Assembly: GCA_964016885.1 (NCBI GenBank)
Contig: OZ024748.1
Location: forward strand, 29,946,001 to 30,010,000
Length of the DNA stretch: 64,000 nt
From: Eledone cirrhosa
Lineage: Eukaryota
Direction of reading: 5' to 3'
Part shown: in pieces, positions 17,756 through 32,983 of the stretch
Numbering within the stretch: position 1 is the stretch's first letter
Layout: every line of letters starts with the position of its first letter
Made by a program: the position numbers and the translations under genes
Notes under the pieces: model-generated
The model's input: only the letters and a program-made list of their open reading frames with translations
Databases searched by the model: none
What the model was told of the DNA's origin: nothing

Positions 17756-17924
17756 AGATTCCTGATGAATGAAACAGTTCTAGTCCTGTAGAATCTCATC
17801 TATATTAAAACTATTATACTCTGCTATGTATTGAGTACCTTACTTACTGTGGTTACCTCCGATTCAACCCGGAATAACGTATATTTATATATATATATAT
17901 TTATATATATATATTTATATTTAG

Positions 17925-18013
<89 letters not shown>

Positions 18014-18049
18014 TATATATATATTCATATATATACATATATATATATT

Positions 18050-18101
<52 letters not shown>

Positions 18102-18113
18102 TATATATATATT

Positions 18114-18169
<56 letters not shown>

Positions 18170-18177
18170 TATATATT

Positions 18178-18364
<187 letters not shown>

Positions 18365-18367
18365 ATA

Positions 18368-18436
<69 letters not shown>

Positions 18437-18517
18437 ACATATATATACATATTTATATTTATATATATATTTATATACATATTTATATACATATTTATAT
18501 TTATATATATATTTATA

Positions 18518-18633
<116 letters not shown>

Positions 18634-18645
18634 TATATATATTTC

Positions 18646-18678
<33 letters not shown>

Positions 18679-18681
18679 ATT

Positions 18682-18830
<149 letters not shown>

Positions 18831-18831
18831 T

Positions 18832-18866
<35 letters not shown>

Positions 18867-18889
18867 ATATATCTATTTATATATATATT

Positions 18890-19024
<135 letters not shown>

Positions 19025-19111
19025 ATTTCATCATCATCATCATCATTTCATTTTACGTCCACTTTTCCCTGCTTGCAAGGGTGGGACGGGAACTGATTCT
19101 GGCTTGATTTC

Positions 19112-19311
19112 NNNNNNNNNNNNNNNNNNNNNNNNNNNNNNNNNNNNNNNNNNNNNNNNNNNNNNNNNNNNNNNNNNNNNNNNNNNNNNNNNNNNNNNNN
19201 NNNNNNNNNNNNNNNNNNNNNNNNNNNNNNNNNNNNNNNNNNNNNNNNNNNNNNNNNNNNNNNNNNNNNNNNNNNNNNNNNNNNNNNNNNNNNNNNNNNN
19301 NNNNNNNNNNN
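19112..19311. other. Assembly gap (200 N)
   Basis: Run of N. Confidence 1.
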
Positions 19312-21485
19312 TGTTTCCTTTGAGAGGGCCCCATTTGCTGCGATTTCCTGGCTTCTGTCCTTTAGGAAGTCATGCAGCCACTCACCTACTTTTCCAGTTA
19401 TGCCGAGTCCGTGTAGTTTGTGACATATCATTCCATGGTCAACCTTGTCAAAGGCCTTCGCAAAGTCAAGATATATCACGTCCACATGTGAGCTGTCTAG
19501 TAGTTGTCTCAGTACCCAGTCGTAGTGATGTAGCAGCTGTGTAAGGCAGCTTCTTCCTAGGCGGAAGCTATGTTGCGTGCTAGTCAGGCGGTCATTTTCC
19601 TCGAGGAAAGTGATCAGTTTCTTTCTGATGACTCGCTCCATGACCTTACTGATATGCGACGTCAGGGAGACTGGCCTATAGTTTTTGGCCTCCGCTCTGC
19701 TACCTCCTTTATGGATAGGGCATATTGTGCCTTCTTTCAGCTCCCTGGGTAGTACACCGCTAGCCAAGGAGCTTCTGAAGAGCATCTTCAGTGGAGTTGT
19801 TAAGGCCCGCTTACATATTTTTAAGAGAACTGCTGGGAATCCATCAGGTCCAGCAGCCGAGTCTGTTCTAATTTCATCAATGGCGTACACCACATCCTCC
19901 TCCGTTATGTCTATGTGGTTGATGGTTGCCATTTCTTCATGTAGTGTTGTGGAATCAAAGAACTCCTCTGGCTTCGTTATTTGCATGTGCCTCAGTGGAC
20001 ATGTGAACACACTTTTGTACTGTTCGTTCAGTATTTCACATATCTCTTGGGGGTTTCGGTTAATGAACCGTCCGTATGGAAGAGTGGCCCAATCTTGCAG
20101 TGTACTGAGGCAGTTTCTTTTGCAAATTTAAAGAAGGCCTTAGGGTTTGTTTTAATGTTTTCTATGGCCCTGTTCTCTTTCTTTGCCCTCTCATTCTCAT
20201 GGGAAAGCTTGAGTGCAATCTCGGTGCCAAGTAATGCACATTTTAAATAGGATTCCTTCTTGTTTTTGTTTTGTTGACTATTCAACTGGTTTGAGAGTCT
20301 AGTTCTACGTCTCATAAGGATTTTCCTATCTCTGGGAATAAGATTTTTGTGTCTGTTTGCCTCTTTCTCCGGGACAAACTTTCTGCATATAGTGTGTATC
20401 GTTGTCATGAAGTGTTGAAATTGTGTGTTAGTGTCTTGTGTGGCGGTGTTTTCACTCCATGTTTGCTTCCGGATTTCTCTCTTAATCTTTTCCCAGTTAG
20501 CCTTGTAGAAGTTAAGGCTGGATAACGTCCCGGAGCTTCTTGGTGGTTTTGTCTCTGTTGGTTCTCTTGGACCACATATCATTAGCTCTACTAAGTTATG
20601 ATCCGAGAGAATTGTTGGTGTCACCTTTACATTGTGGATGAGCACTTCGTTGTTTGTAAAACAGAGGTCCAGGACATTTTCGCCTCTTGTTGGGAGGAGT
20701 ATTGCTTGCTCCATGAACAGCCTGTGTGTGAGGGCCAGCAGGCATTCCGTCTGTCTCTGTTCTATTGACGTCATTCCAGGGAGGAGGTGGCCCTCGGGCC
20801 ATTTGACCTTTGGTAGGTTGAAGTCTCCCAGCAGTAGAATGTTGAGACCCTGGTCCAGTTTGTCAAGGACCTCTTCTATCCTACTTAGGCTATCCTCAAA
20901 TTTACCCTCATGACTGGGGGCATCGGGCGGCCGATATGTGACACATATTACTGTCTGTAGTTGCTTCATATGTACTATCAGTGTGTCACAGACTGAGTTT
21001 GAATGTGTCAACAGTACAATTGGTGTGACATCTTCACGGATATACAGAGCAACCCCACCATGAGTTCTCTCCTTCCTGTCCGAACGAAATACAGTATATT
21101 TCGGTATATGTATTTCTGCATCTGCTATACTACTTGTCAGGTGTGTTTCGGTTAGTGCCATGCATAGTGCTTGATTGCTTATTGCTAAGTCTCCCAGGTA
21201 GGAAATTTTACTCATGTTACTGAGTTTCACCAGGCCTCTGACATTCAGCAGCAGCAGCACTGGTGTGACTTTTGGGGTGCCAGTAATGGCTGTCGGTATG
21301 ACACCTGGTCTGCTGTCAGCGGCGGCCATTCTGGGTCCTTTAATTGTGGTGGTCTCGAGTGCTGGTGTGGATGTGGATAACCCTGGCTCTGGAGACGATG
21401 CAGCCAGGTCAGCTGTCCCACAATCTTCTCTGCCATTACTAAAAAAATGTTCTGCTCTGCTGCTGCCATCTGTATCTCATCGGCA
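19312..21485 (-). mobile_element. CR1/L2-group LINE 5' part: end of ORF1, APE endonuclease, N-terminal RT
   Basis: APE motifs LLNVRGL, ALTETHL, RSDR..GGVALY, TYRPP, LLGDFN, LDLCF, SDHN; RT motifs AAGPDG, NYRPVSLTS, YLDFAKAFDKVDH; frameshift near 20030. Confidence 0.92.
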
Positions 21486-21580
21486 TACATGTATACATAT
21501 AAACATATATATACATGTATACATATAAACATATATATACATGTATACATTATATATTTATATATGGGCATACGTATGCC

Positions 21581-22298
21581 ATATGGGCATACGTCACTAC
21601 GGGCGGTCTCAAAAGTGAAACTAATTTTACGATTGTGAATTTGTTTGTTTCTTTACAACAGGTCAGTGAAAGTATAATGCAGACACACGCAATTCTATGG
21701 ATTTCTTAATATATATATATGTGTGGGTGTCTATATGTATGTATATATGTGTGTGTGTATGTATATATATATATGTGTGTTTGTATATATATATATGTTT
21801 GTGTCATCATCATCGTTTAACGTCTATCTTCCACGCAAGCATGGGTTTAGACGTATATATATGTTTGTGTGTATATATGTGTTTGTGTGTATATATATGT
21901 GTGTATATATATGTGGCCACATACACATATATATATATATACAGACACATATATATACACACAAACACACACATATATATATATACACACACAAACACAT
22001 ATATACACACAAACATATATATACGTCTAAACCCATGCTTGCGTGGAAGATAGACGTTAAACGATGATGATGACACAAACACATATATATATATACAAAC
22101 ACACATATATATATATACATACACACACACATATATACGCACATATAGACACCCACACATATATATATATTAAGAAATCCATAGAATTGCGTGTGTCTGC
22201 ATTATACTTTCACTGACCTGTTGTAAAAAAACAAACAAATTCACAATCGTAAAATTAGTTTCACTTTTGAGACCGCCCGTCTTGACGTATGCCTATAT
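21581..22298. repeat. Spacerless palindrome of about 720 bp centred on TGTGG|CCACA (21916/21917)
   Basis: The arms are reverse complements and include a duplicated SINE/RTE-type tail (CCCATGCTTGCGTGGAAGATAGACGTTAAACGATGATGATGA). Confidence 0.92.
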
Positions 22299-23172
22299 TT
22301 ATATGTATATAGGCATATATTTATACATATATTTATACACATATTTATACACATATATTTATATATATATATGTATATACTCATATATATTTATATGTGT
22401 ATATACACACGTATATATGTATATACACATATATATATTTATATATGTATATACACATGAATATATTTATATATGTATATATATTTATATATGTATATAC
22501 ATATATATATGTTCGTAATTTAAGAAACATCGGTACTTTTTATAGCAGTTTGAACGACCACTGTGAGGCTTCCTCTTTCCGGAAGTAATAATCCTGCATA
22601 TTATTTTGACACACATTGCATCTCTGGGTGAAATATATACATACATATAACATGTGATATTGCTTCTCTGAGTGATATCTTATCTATATATTTTAACCAC
22701 TCATTGAGATGTTTTAGTGTAGAGACTTTTTGCAGTTAAACTACTCCTTAATTTGTATCTGGAGGTCTTTTGGCTGGTATTTCTAGCCTGCATTATAAAC
22801 CTATCGTATAGTCCTAATATGTTAAAAGGTATTTTGATCATTTCGTAGTTCACCAACACAACGGGTGTTTTTGTACAACATGCTACCCCGACAAATGAAA
22901 TAGTTTGTATAATTTCTTTGTCAATATCATCTTAGCTTTTGAAGAATTAAACTACTATGAAGAGTATTGGGGATTCTTCAATTATTGGTAATTCCAATAA
23001 AGTTCTTCCGCAAATGAAACCATGGTCGGAAGTTCTTTATATAAGCGAGAATAACTAAAATATTTTGTTTTGTCTGTCTGGCTTATACTCTTAAGAGTTT
23101 TTCTCACTTAAATTTAATATGTAATATTGCTTCTCTGAGTGATATCTATATATTTTATCCACTCATTGAGAT

Positions 23173-24037
<865 letters not shown>

Positions 24038-24350
24038 GTAGAAATTGTTCCAATAACTATACATGCATATACCTTTTGGTAATGCATAGTTACGTCAAAG
24101 TGATAACATATTAATGGTGCCCGTGTGTGTGTGTTACTACATAGAAATGCTGGCTGCTTACGACTTCAACGTTTTGACGGTAACGCTAGACTCAGTAAAT
24201 TGCCTGACGAGTCGTTGTCGGCAAAACTCCGAAGACTGTCTCTCAAGATTTTTCTCAAATCAAATATTTTGTCTTTATCTCTTTTTAGTGGATGCTGTGT
24301 CTCTTCACTGTTTTCTAAAATAACTAATTTCTATATATAATATGACAATT

Positions 24351-24422
<72 letters not shown>

Positions 24423-24546
24423 TCTCTATATATATATAAATACACACACACACATATATATATATATGCCTGTGCGTGTGTTCAATGAATTCCTACACTC
24501 TACCTACCAGTCATTTGTATAATATATATGTATATATGTATGTATG

Positions 24547-25150
24547 TCAGGTCACCAGTTCGTGCTACTGGTAACATGTATCCCAGTACAACCTGTCTCA
24601 AGGTCGGGTCGTTGGCGACTAAACTGGCAACCCCACCAAGGTTTCTTGGTGAGGAGGGTGACTTTGGACATCCTGCAGGACTAAAAACAAAACCTGTCAA
24701 AGGGCAAAGGAGCTCTTAAGAGTCAATGGCCATCCAAAATCACCGGGAGAGATGACCTCTTAGCCTTTGTCAAGGCAGAATTCTAGAAGGAAAACTCTGA
24801 TATAACACCTGCAACCCTGATGGTATCCAATGATGTTGACTTGTTCTTCTTTTTGGTAAATATCATCTTGGTTAAGAGAGTGGGACTGGCTTTGTGCAGT
24901 GCCTTTGCTCACTATAAAAGCTTCACGGCACAGGCATTGCTTTATATCTGGAGATCTCTCTGCACTTGTCGTCACATGGTACCATGGGCTCAGCACTATG
25001 TGTCAATAATTGTCACAAGTGTAGTGTTTGTACCAGAGTTTTCAAGTCGCTGGCTGGACTAAAAAGTCACACTCGTTCAGCGCATCGGTAGGGATTCTCC
25101 TACATGGATATAAAGTAGTGGCCGTACTCGAAAACGAGTTGGCAGCCACC
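24547..25150 (+). mobile_element. Non-autonomous bipartite RTE derivative (5' UTR fused to 3' end), (TATG)n tail
   Basis: Part of it resembles the RTE 5' UTR at 33250-33425; the 3' part encodes CSVCTRVFKSLAGLKSH and ends GGCAGCCACCAT..(TATG)n, like the RTE end at 29131. Confidence 0.75.
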
Positions 25151-25243
25151 ATATATGTATGTATGTTTGTATGTATGTATATATGTATGTATGTTTGCAT
25201 GTATGTATGTATATATGTATGTAAATATGTATATATGTATATA

Positions 25244-25315
<72 letters not shown>

Positions 25316-26076
25316 AGTATATATATGCCTGTGTGTGTTCAATGAATTCCTACACTCTACCCACCAGCCATTCCGTTAACGTTTGAATGTTATAGACACT
25401 ACAATGTTTTAAACATATTCTGGAAATTACATAGATATGAATATATATATTAACACACACACACACATAAATATATATATATATATATATATCCATGGAA
25501 TACGTGTATGTTACACATCAAAGTAAACAAATAGCTCTTCCGCCCCGCCTTCACTCTAAATGTCAGTTGGTGTTTTGAAGCCAAGCAGTCACCAACAACT
25601 CTATCGTTATATATAAACGCTGACACATACGTGCCACATACATATATATATATATATGAACCTGTGCCTGTGTGATGTATATATATACATACTGCCTCGT
25701 ATCCAGGCTACTAGGGCGGTTATTTTCTCATGCTTTTTTTTCTGTTCTGTCTGTTTGTGTGCGTGTATGGGTGTTTGTGTGTTATTCTCAGAAATAATTG
25801 TAAATTTAAAGAAAATGACACTAAGTTCGCAAAATCTATCTCTCTTCCTTTCACTTCCTCTCTCTCTCTCATTTATATATATGTGTGTGTGTGTGTATGT
25901 AGAATGTGTGTACGTGTGCATACTTACACACATACATATATGTATATAGAAAGTAGAAGTTGTATTTAATTTGTTGGAAGTCCGACAAACAAATGTTTAT
26001 AACTGATTTAGAGCACTCAACAGTTTACTGGAGTAAATATTCAATGATATTAAATATATATATATGTATATATATG

Positions 26077-26129
<53 letters not shown>

Positions 26130-26334
26130 GTGTATATATGCATATATATATGTATGTGTATATATATATGCATATATATATTTGTATATATGTATATATA
26201 TATATGTGCGTGCGTATATATGTGTGTGTGTATATATGTGTGTGTGTGTGTGTATATATATATGTGTGTATATATGTGTATGTATATATATATATATGTA
26301 TATATATATGTCTATAAATATATGTATGCATATA

Positions 26335-26645
26335 TCATCATTTCATTTTACGTCCGCTTTTCCCTGCTTGCAAGGGTGGGACGGGAACTGATTCTGGCTT
26401 GATTTCTACAGCTGGATGCCCTTCCTAACACCAACCTCATTTACAGTGAGTGCTGGGTGCTTTTTTGCTGTGGTACCTCCACGACCACTTTGCAGTGGAA
26501 TGATAGGGACATCTCATTTCTACAGCTGAGTGAACTGGAGCAATGTGAAATAAAGTGTCTTGCTCAAGGAAACAACACATCACGCGGTCTGAGAATTGAA
26601 CTCACAACCTTTCGATTGCAAAGCCAATGCTCTAACCACTAAGTC
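26335..26645 (-). mobile_element. tRNA-derived SINE, family B, with RTE-type tail
   Basis: Reverse complement of the copy at 45423-45790. Confidence 0.8.
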
Positions 26646-26693
26646 ATATGCCTCCATATATATGTGTATATATGCATATGTTTGTGTATATAT

Positions 26694-27480
26694 CTAGGGC
26701 GGGTAAAATTCCCGAGATCCATGGACGAGTTCTCTCCAGTGGTCTCTGTCCCTCATTATCGCTGCCATGTCCTGCGTCTCCAACAGACCAGTGTCTGTCC
26801 TTAGGGCATCAACATACGTTAACCTTGGTCCTCCTCTTCCAGTGTGTCCATGCAAGGGCTCCCACAGGAGGCCTGAGTGCAATGTCAACTCTGGATGTCG
26901 GTGAGCATGTCCAGCTAACCTCAGTCTCCTCTGTGTCACTTTTGAGCTGACTTTTGGGAGGCTCCCATACGGCTCTGAGTTTTTCATCCTCAGTGTATAC
27001 TGATTAATGTTCAGAGCCATCCTCAGCATTCTCGTGTAGCACCTATCCACCATCTGAGTGAGTTTCTTATGGAGAGTCTATCTAACAGCACTAGAGTTAG
27101 AGACCCTAACTACACTGCCAAGAAGCAGTCTGGTCGTCACGACTCTGTTGGCTTAGAGCCACAGGGAGGGCCATTGGATGATGGATCAGCTCTCTCTGAG
27201 ACAAATATAAAGAATGCAGTTTTGTCCTGCAGAAGAGCCATCAAAATGGGCACTTTGAATGTGAGGACTATTCGGACGCTGGAGAAGAGAGGAGTTGGGT
27301 CATCTGTTCGAGGAGAGTGGTATACAAATACTTGCGGTGCAAGGTCCAGGATCCTACACGATGAGCCAATGAGGAGTGTGAGATTGGGAAGAGGAGCCAG
27401 CTCATCACCACATCGGCAGTGAGGAACATGACCAATGCTGCAGTAGGAGGAGTGGGTTTTGTTTTCAGCACAAAAACCAG
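26694..27480 (-). mobile_element. RTEX-like LINE: 3' end on - (26694-27065) joined to an inverted 5' APE piece on + (27066-27480)
   Basis: DRCYTRMLRMALNI..RRLRLAGHAHRHPE..LLWEP on the minus strand; KMGTLNVRTI..GGVGF on the plus strand. Confidence 0.8.
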
Positions 27481-27520
<40 letters not shown>

Positions 27521-28113
27521 TATAAATAAATGTATACGTGTATATATAAATACATGTGTGTGTATTCATAAATACATATGTGTGTGTTTGTATATATTAT
27601 TCTAACCTCGGCAAATGAAACAATATGTATGACTTCTTGGTTAATTTCTCTTAGCTTTTGAAAAACTAAACTACCCTGAAGAGTAATGCGGATTCTTTAA
27701 TTACTGCCGATACTGCCAATATGTGTTTGTGTGTTGTGTGTGTGTGTTAGAACGCCTACTACACCTATGTATACACCTACATGTTTCTATACATGTAAAA
27801 CGTATTTGCATCCACCCACTCAAGTTCACCTACACGAACACGCGTATGTGTGTGTGTGTGTGTGTGTGTATATAGGTGTGTGTGTGTGTGTATATAGGTG
27901 TGTGTGCGTGTATATGTGTGTGTGTGTGTGTATGTGTATATATATATGTGTGTGTGTCTATATATATATATATTTTTTTTTCCTATTTCCCACTCTACTA
28001 CTCTAAGTATTGAGTACTCTGGTGCGTTATGGTCCATCTGGTTCCTTACCACATTTCCTTTGTTACATACATACATACATACATACATCATACATACATC
28101 ATACATACATCAT

Positions 28114-28515
28114 GGTGGTGGCTGCCAACTCGTTTTCGAGTATGGCCACTACTTTATATCCATGTAGGAGAACCCCTACCGATGCGCTGAACGAATGTGA
28201 CTTTAGTCCAGCCAGCGACTTGAAAACTCTGGTACAAACACTACACTTGTGACAATTATTGACACATAGTGCTGGGCCCATGGTACCATGTGACGACAAG
28301 TGCAGAGAGATCTCCAGATATAAAGCAATGCCTGTGCCGTGAAGCTTTTATAGTGAGCAAAGGCACTGCACAAAGCCAGTCCCACTCTCTTAACCAAGAT
28401 GATATTTACCAAAAAGAAGAACAAGTCAACATCATTGGATACCATCAGAGTTGCAGGTGTTGTATCAGAGTTTTCCTTCTCCTAGAATTCTGCCTTGACA
28501 AAGGCTAAGGGGTCA
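28114..28515 (-). mobile_element. Bipartite RTE derivative, copy 2
   Basis: Near-identical reverse complement of 24755-25150. Confidence 0.8.
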
Positions 28516-28671
28516 TACATACATACATACATACCTACCTACCTACCTACCTTCAAAATTTGCTAAACATTCTAGCGATTCAAGGGATGACAATTTCTTT
28601 TCTTTTACAACCTTGCCACCAGGAAGGTGGCCGGTCAAAAAAAATATACTCGAAATTAAGAGAAAGAGATA

Positions 28672-28699
<28 letters not shown>

Positions 28700-28705
<6 letters not shown>

Positions 28706-29077
28706 GTTAGTAACTGCCTCAATACAAATCTTGAGAAGCTAGGCTTCACAGGAACAGAAAGAACACAACTAGTTAGGAAATTACAAGTACAATCCATTAA
28801 TGGAACAGTAAAAATATGTAAAACATTCCAAAAATTTTGCATCTAATAACTGCATATTCACATGTACAGATACAAAGCATCTACACATGCACACATACAA
28901 CTCAAAACATACACATCCACACATACAATAACATCCATATCTACACATGCATGCATTCAGACATACATACATATCTACCTAGTTGATGTTGTGTAAATTC
29001 CAATGAGAGTCTTGTGTCTATGTTAGAAACCGACTCTCTCTCTATTGGTAAAACTTTGTGAAATTATAAAACCAGAA
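28700..29077 (+). mobile_element. R4/Dong-like REL LINE 3' end flanked by (TACA)n
   Basis: Translation YVSNCLNTNLEKLGFTGTERTQLVRKLQVQSINGTVKICKTFQKFCI*, then a UTR and an (ACAT)n tail. The clade call rests on motif resemblance only. Confidence 0.55.
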
Positions 29078-29130
29078 CATACATACATACATACATACAT
29101 ACATACATACATACATACATACATACATAC

Positions 29131-29231
29131 ATGATGGCTGCCCCCTCGTTATCGAGTATGGCCATTGCACGAGGAGAAAGAAAAAAAAAATAATAATAAT
29201 AAAAAAAAAAAAATAAAATAATAAAAAAAAG

Positions 29232-29270
<39 letters not shown>

Positions 29271-32200
29271 CATACATATATACACACACACACACTCACA
29301 CACATACATTAATAATAATAACGACAACAACAATAATAATATACATATACATATATATATACACACACACGCACACACATAAGCATATCTACACACACAC
29401 ACACATGATAGCAACTAACAGCGCTGCGATCGAATGTGGCTTTTTAGCCCAGCCAATGATCTAAAATGTCTTGCACAGAGTCGGCAACCAAAACATTTAC
29501 TGGGAATAGTCGGCTGTGGTTGGAGTTCGTGTACTTTTGCATGTCGCTTGAGCCCTCCTGCTGATTTACATTCTCTACCACATGTTTGGCAAGCATGATG
29601 AGTAGCATCTCCAACAGCAGCCTGGTAGTCAACCACTGGTCTTACTTTATGACTGCGAAGATGACTTTCGAGTCCAGCTTTGCTTAGGCAGAGTTTCGCA
29701 CATACGCTGCATGTCAGCACCATAGGAGGACCCTCGCCGTCTGGAAGTGCAACAGCAATGCCCTTCCTCGCATCCCGCTTTACTTTCTCGTATGCGATTC
29801 GAGATGCCTCAAAGGCAACTTTTCCCTCATATACAGTCTTTCTCCATTTATTACGATCAGCAGCAATATTCTCCCATGTATCAGCAGAGATGTTAGCGTC
29901 TTTCAGAGAGGCTTTCAAGGAATCCTTATACCTCTTTTTTGGTTTATGTGGCGGTCGTTTTCCTTTAACCAACTCTCCATAAAAGAGTTGTTTTGGTATT
30001 CTAGAATCCTTCATCCTGGCAAGGTGACCACTCCAACGGAGTCGTTGCTTAAGCACAAGAGCTTCTATACTGTCACACATAGAGCTTTCCAAAATCTCGA
30101 CATCACTGATGTGGTCCCTCCAGTGAACGCCATGGATCCGTCTGAGACACATCTGATGGAAACGCTCCAATTGCTTAAGGTGGTGTCGATATGTGACCCA
30201 GGTCTCGCAGGCATAAAGAAGACAAGAGAGCACACATGCCCTGTACACCTTTACCTTTGTCCTCCTGCATATGTCTCGCCGACCCCAGAGTCGCCTTTCT
30301 AGCTTTCCGAAAGCATCACTTGCTTTCCTAATCCTAAGTGAGATTTCACTGTCAAGGTTGCCGTATCGAATGACAGTGCTTCCCCAGGTAGACAAACTGA
30401 TCAACCACTCCAAGTCATTTGCCATACACATAGATGTTTGGTTCAGTGTACTGCTTACCAGGGGCAGGTTGGTACATGACGACGGTTTTCTTGAGACTGA
30501 CAGTCAAACCTAGGGCAGTGCAAGCGTCAGAAAATGCATTCAAAATGTGCTACATATCACTCTCTGTGTGCGCTACAAGATCGCAATCATCTGCATACAA
30601 GAGGTCTCTTATGATTGATGTAAATACTTTTGTATTCGCAGCAAAGCGCCTGATGTTAAATATGCTGCCTGAGGTTCGATATCGGATGTAAACACCATGC
30701 TCGCAATTCCTGAATGCAATACAGAAAACCATTGCAAAGTATATGGCAAACAGGGCCGGTGCTGGAATATCCCCCTGTTTCACTCCATTTTTTACTGAGA
30801 TAGGCTCCGACATGTTACCCCCGACATTAACCCAAGCCTTCATGTCGTCATGGAAAGACCTAACTAAAGCAAGGAACTTATCAGGGCAACCAAGTTTCTT
30901 GAGAACCTTCCATAATGCATCTCTGTTAACAGTATTGAAAGCTTTTGTCAGATCGACAAAAACCTGATACAGATCCAAGCCTTGTTCCATGCACTTCTCC
31001 TGGAGCTGTCTAGCTGAGAAGATCATATCAGTAGTGTCGCGTCCAGCACGAAAACCAGATTGACTTTCAGGAAGGACACAATCTGCAATGTGTGTCAGCA
31101 GACGGTCCAGAAGCACCCTACATAAAACTTTCCCTACGACAGAAAGCAATGATATACCTCTGTAGTTCCCACAATCGTTCCTGTTACCCTTTCCCTTGTA
31201 CAAGACCACCATTACTGCATCTCTCCAGTCCTCAGGTACGGATTCATTAGCCCATATCCTGCCAAACAAAGAGTGAAGATGTTGCAGGAGTCTCTCACCA
31301 CCATATTGTAGGAGCTCAGCATATATTCCATCCATACCTGGAGATCTTCCACTGTTCAGCTTCGAAATAGCCACTGCAACCTCCACAAGCGTCGGAGGTT
31401 CTGCGAGAGCTACTTTCACAGGACTTTCTGGAATGAGATTGAGGAAATCTTCACTGACGACAGACGGCTGATTCAAAAGATCATCAAAGTGCTCTCGCCA
31501 CCTTCGTAGAATTCCTTGTGAGTCACGAAGAAGTTCTTTGCCATCCTTGCTGCGAAGCGGTGTCACCAGAGAAGAAGACGGTCCATAAACCTCACGCAAG
31601 AGACTGTACAACAGCTTTGTGTTATTGGAATCAGACGCAGTTTGTATCTCACCAGCCTTCTCACACCACCACTGATCCTTCATCTGAGAAAGACTCCGCC
31701 TAACACGTGATTTTACATCCCTGAGTTCCTTATGCAACGTATTCATCTCCTGTGGTTTTGCCGTCAAGTAGCGTGACAGAGCACGCCTCTTATCAGCCAA
31801 CAAGTCTTCTATATGTACATCATTCTCATCAAACCAGTCCTGATGTTTCCTCTGCGCCAATCCCAGAACACGCCTGCCTACATCATAAACCGACTTTTTA
31901 AGGGTCGGCCAATCCTCACCAAGATCTGCAGCCTGCATCTCTTCTTCCAATGTCCTCTTCACATTTTTATCCTTAAGACGAGCAGCATTCAATCTTTTGG
32001 GCAGGGCAACACCAGGAGCCCGGATTTTACGTTTAGTGATTAGTTTCACTTTTGCGCGTACCAGGCGGTGGTCCGTCCAGCACTCAGCTCCACGAAGAAC
32101 ACGAACACACTGCACATCCTGTCTGTCACGCATCCTGACTAGGACGTAGTCCAAAAGATGCCATTCCTTAGATGCAGGATGCATCCATGTGGTCTTGAAT

Positions 32201-32952
32201 TTGTTCTTTTGTTGGAACATGGTGTTGGTAACACACAGATCCAGCTCCTCACACATCTGCAGCAGGAGCATACCATTGCTGTTACACTTTCCCACCCCAT
32301 GCCTTCCGATTACATTCCATGTGTTAAAATCCCTACCCACTCTAGCATTAAAGTCACCAAGCACGATGACTTTGTCTGCCTGAGGGATATTTCTTAAAAC
32401 ACCTTTCAAGGCATGGTAAAAGGACACCTTTTCCTCATCGACAGAACTCATAGTTGGAGCATACACACTCACCAGGGTAGCATATCTTCCCTTGTCCAGC
32501 GGAACTCTCATGGACATAAGACGCTCACTAATCCCTACTGGGAATTCTTCTAATTTGTTCACAAGCACAGTCTTAACAGCAAATCCTCCCCCAGCCTCTC
32601 TTCTGGTTCCTTCATCTCTTCCTTTCCAGAAGAATGTATATTCTCCACAAAATTCCGTAAAATGACCATCTCCAGCTAGCCTCGTCTCAGATAAAGCCAC
32701 GATGTCAAGATCGTAACGTCGAAGCTCCTTTGCAACAAGAGCGGTCCTTTGTTCAGGACGCCCCAAGGAATCCCTGTCAAGCAGCGTCCGTACGTTTCAG
32801 CAGCCAAGACTAAATGCCTTGTTTGGCTCTATTACAATGGCACGATGACGAGCGAGCCCAGGCTGTGATAACCTGGGGCCCCTGCCCTTATTGCCAATGA
32901 TCTTTTTTATATTGTTCTGGAACATCATTGAATTTGAAAAAAAAAAAAAGTA

Positions 32953-32983
<31 letters not shown>

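Noticed and set aside
29415-30431. Host C2H2 zinc-finger gene
   Set aside because: The fingers are continuous with RTE reverse transcriptase C-terminal motifs.
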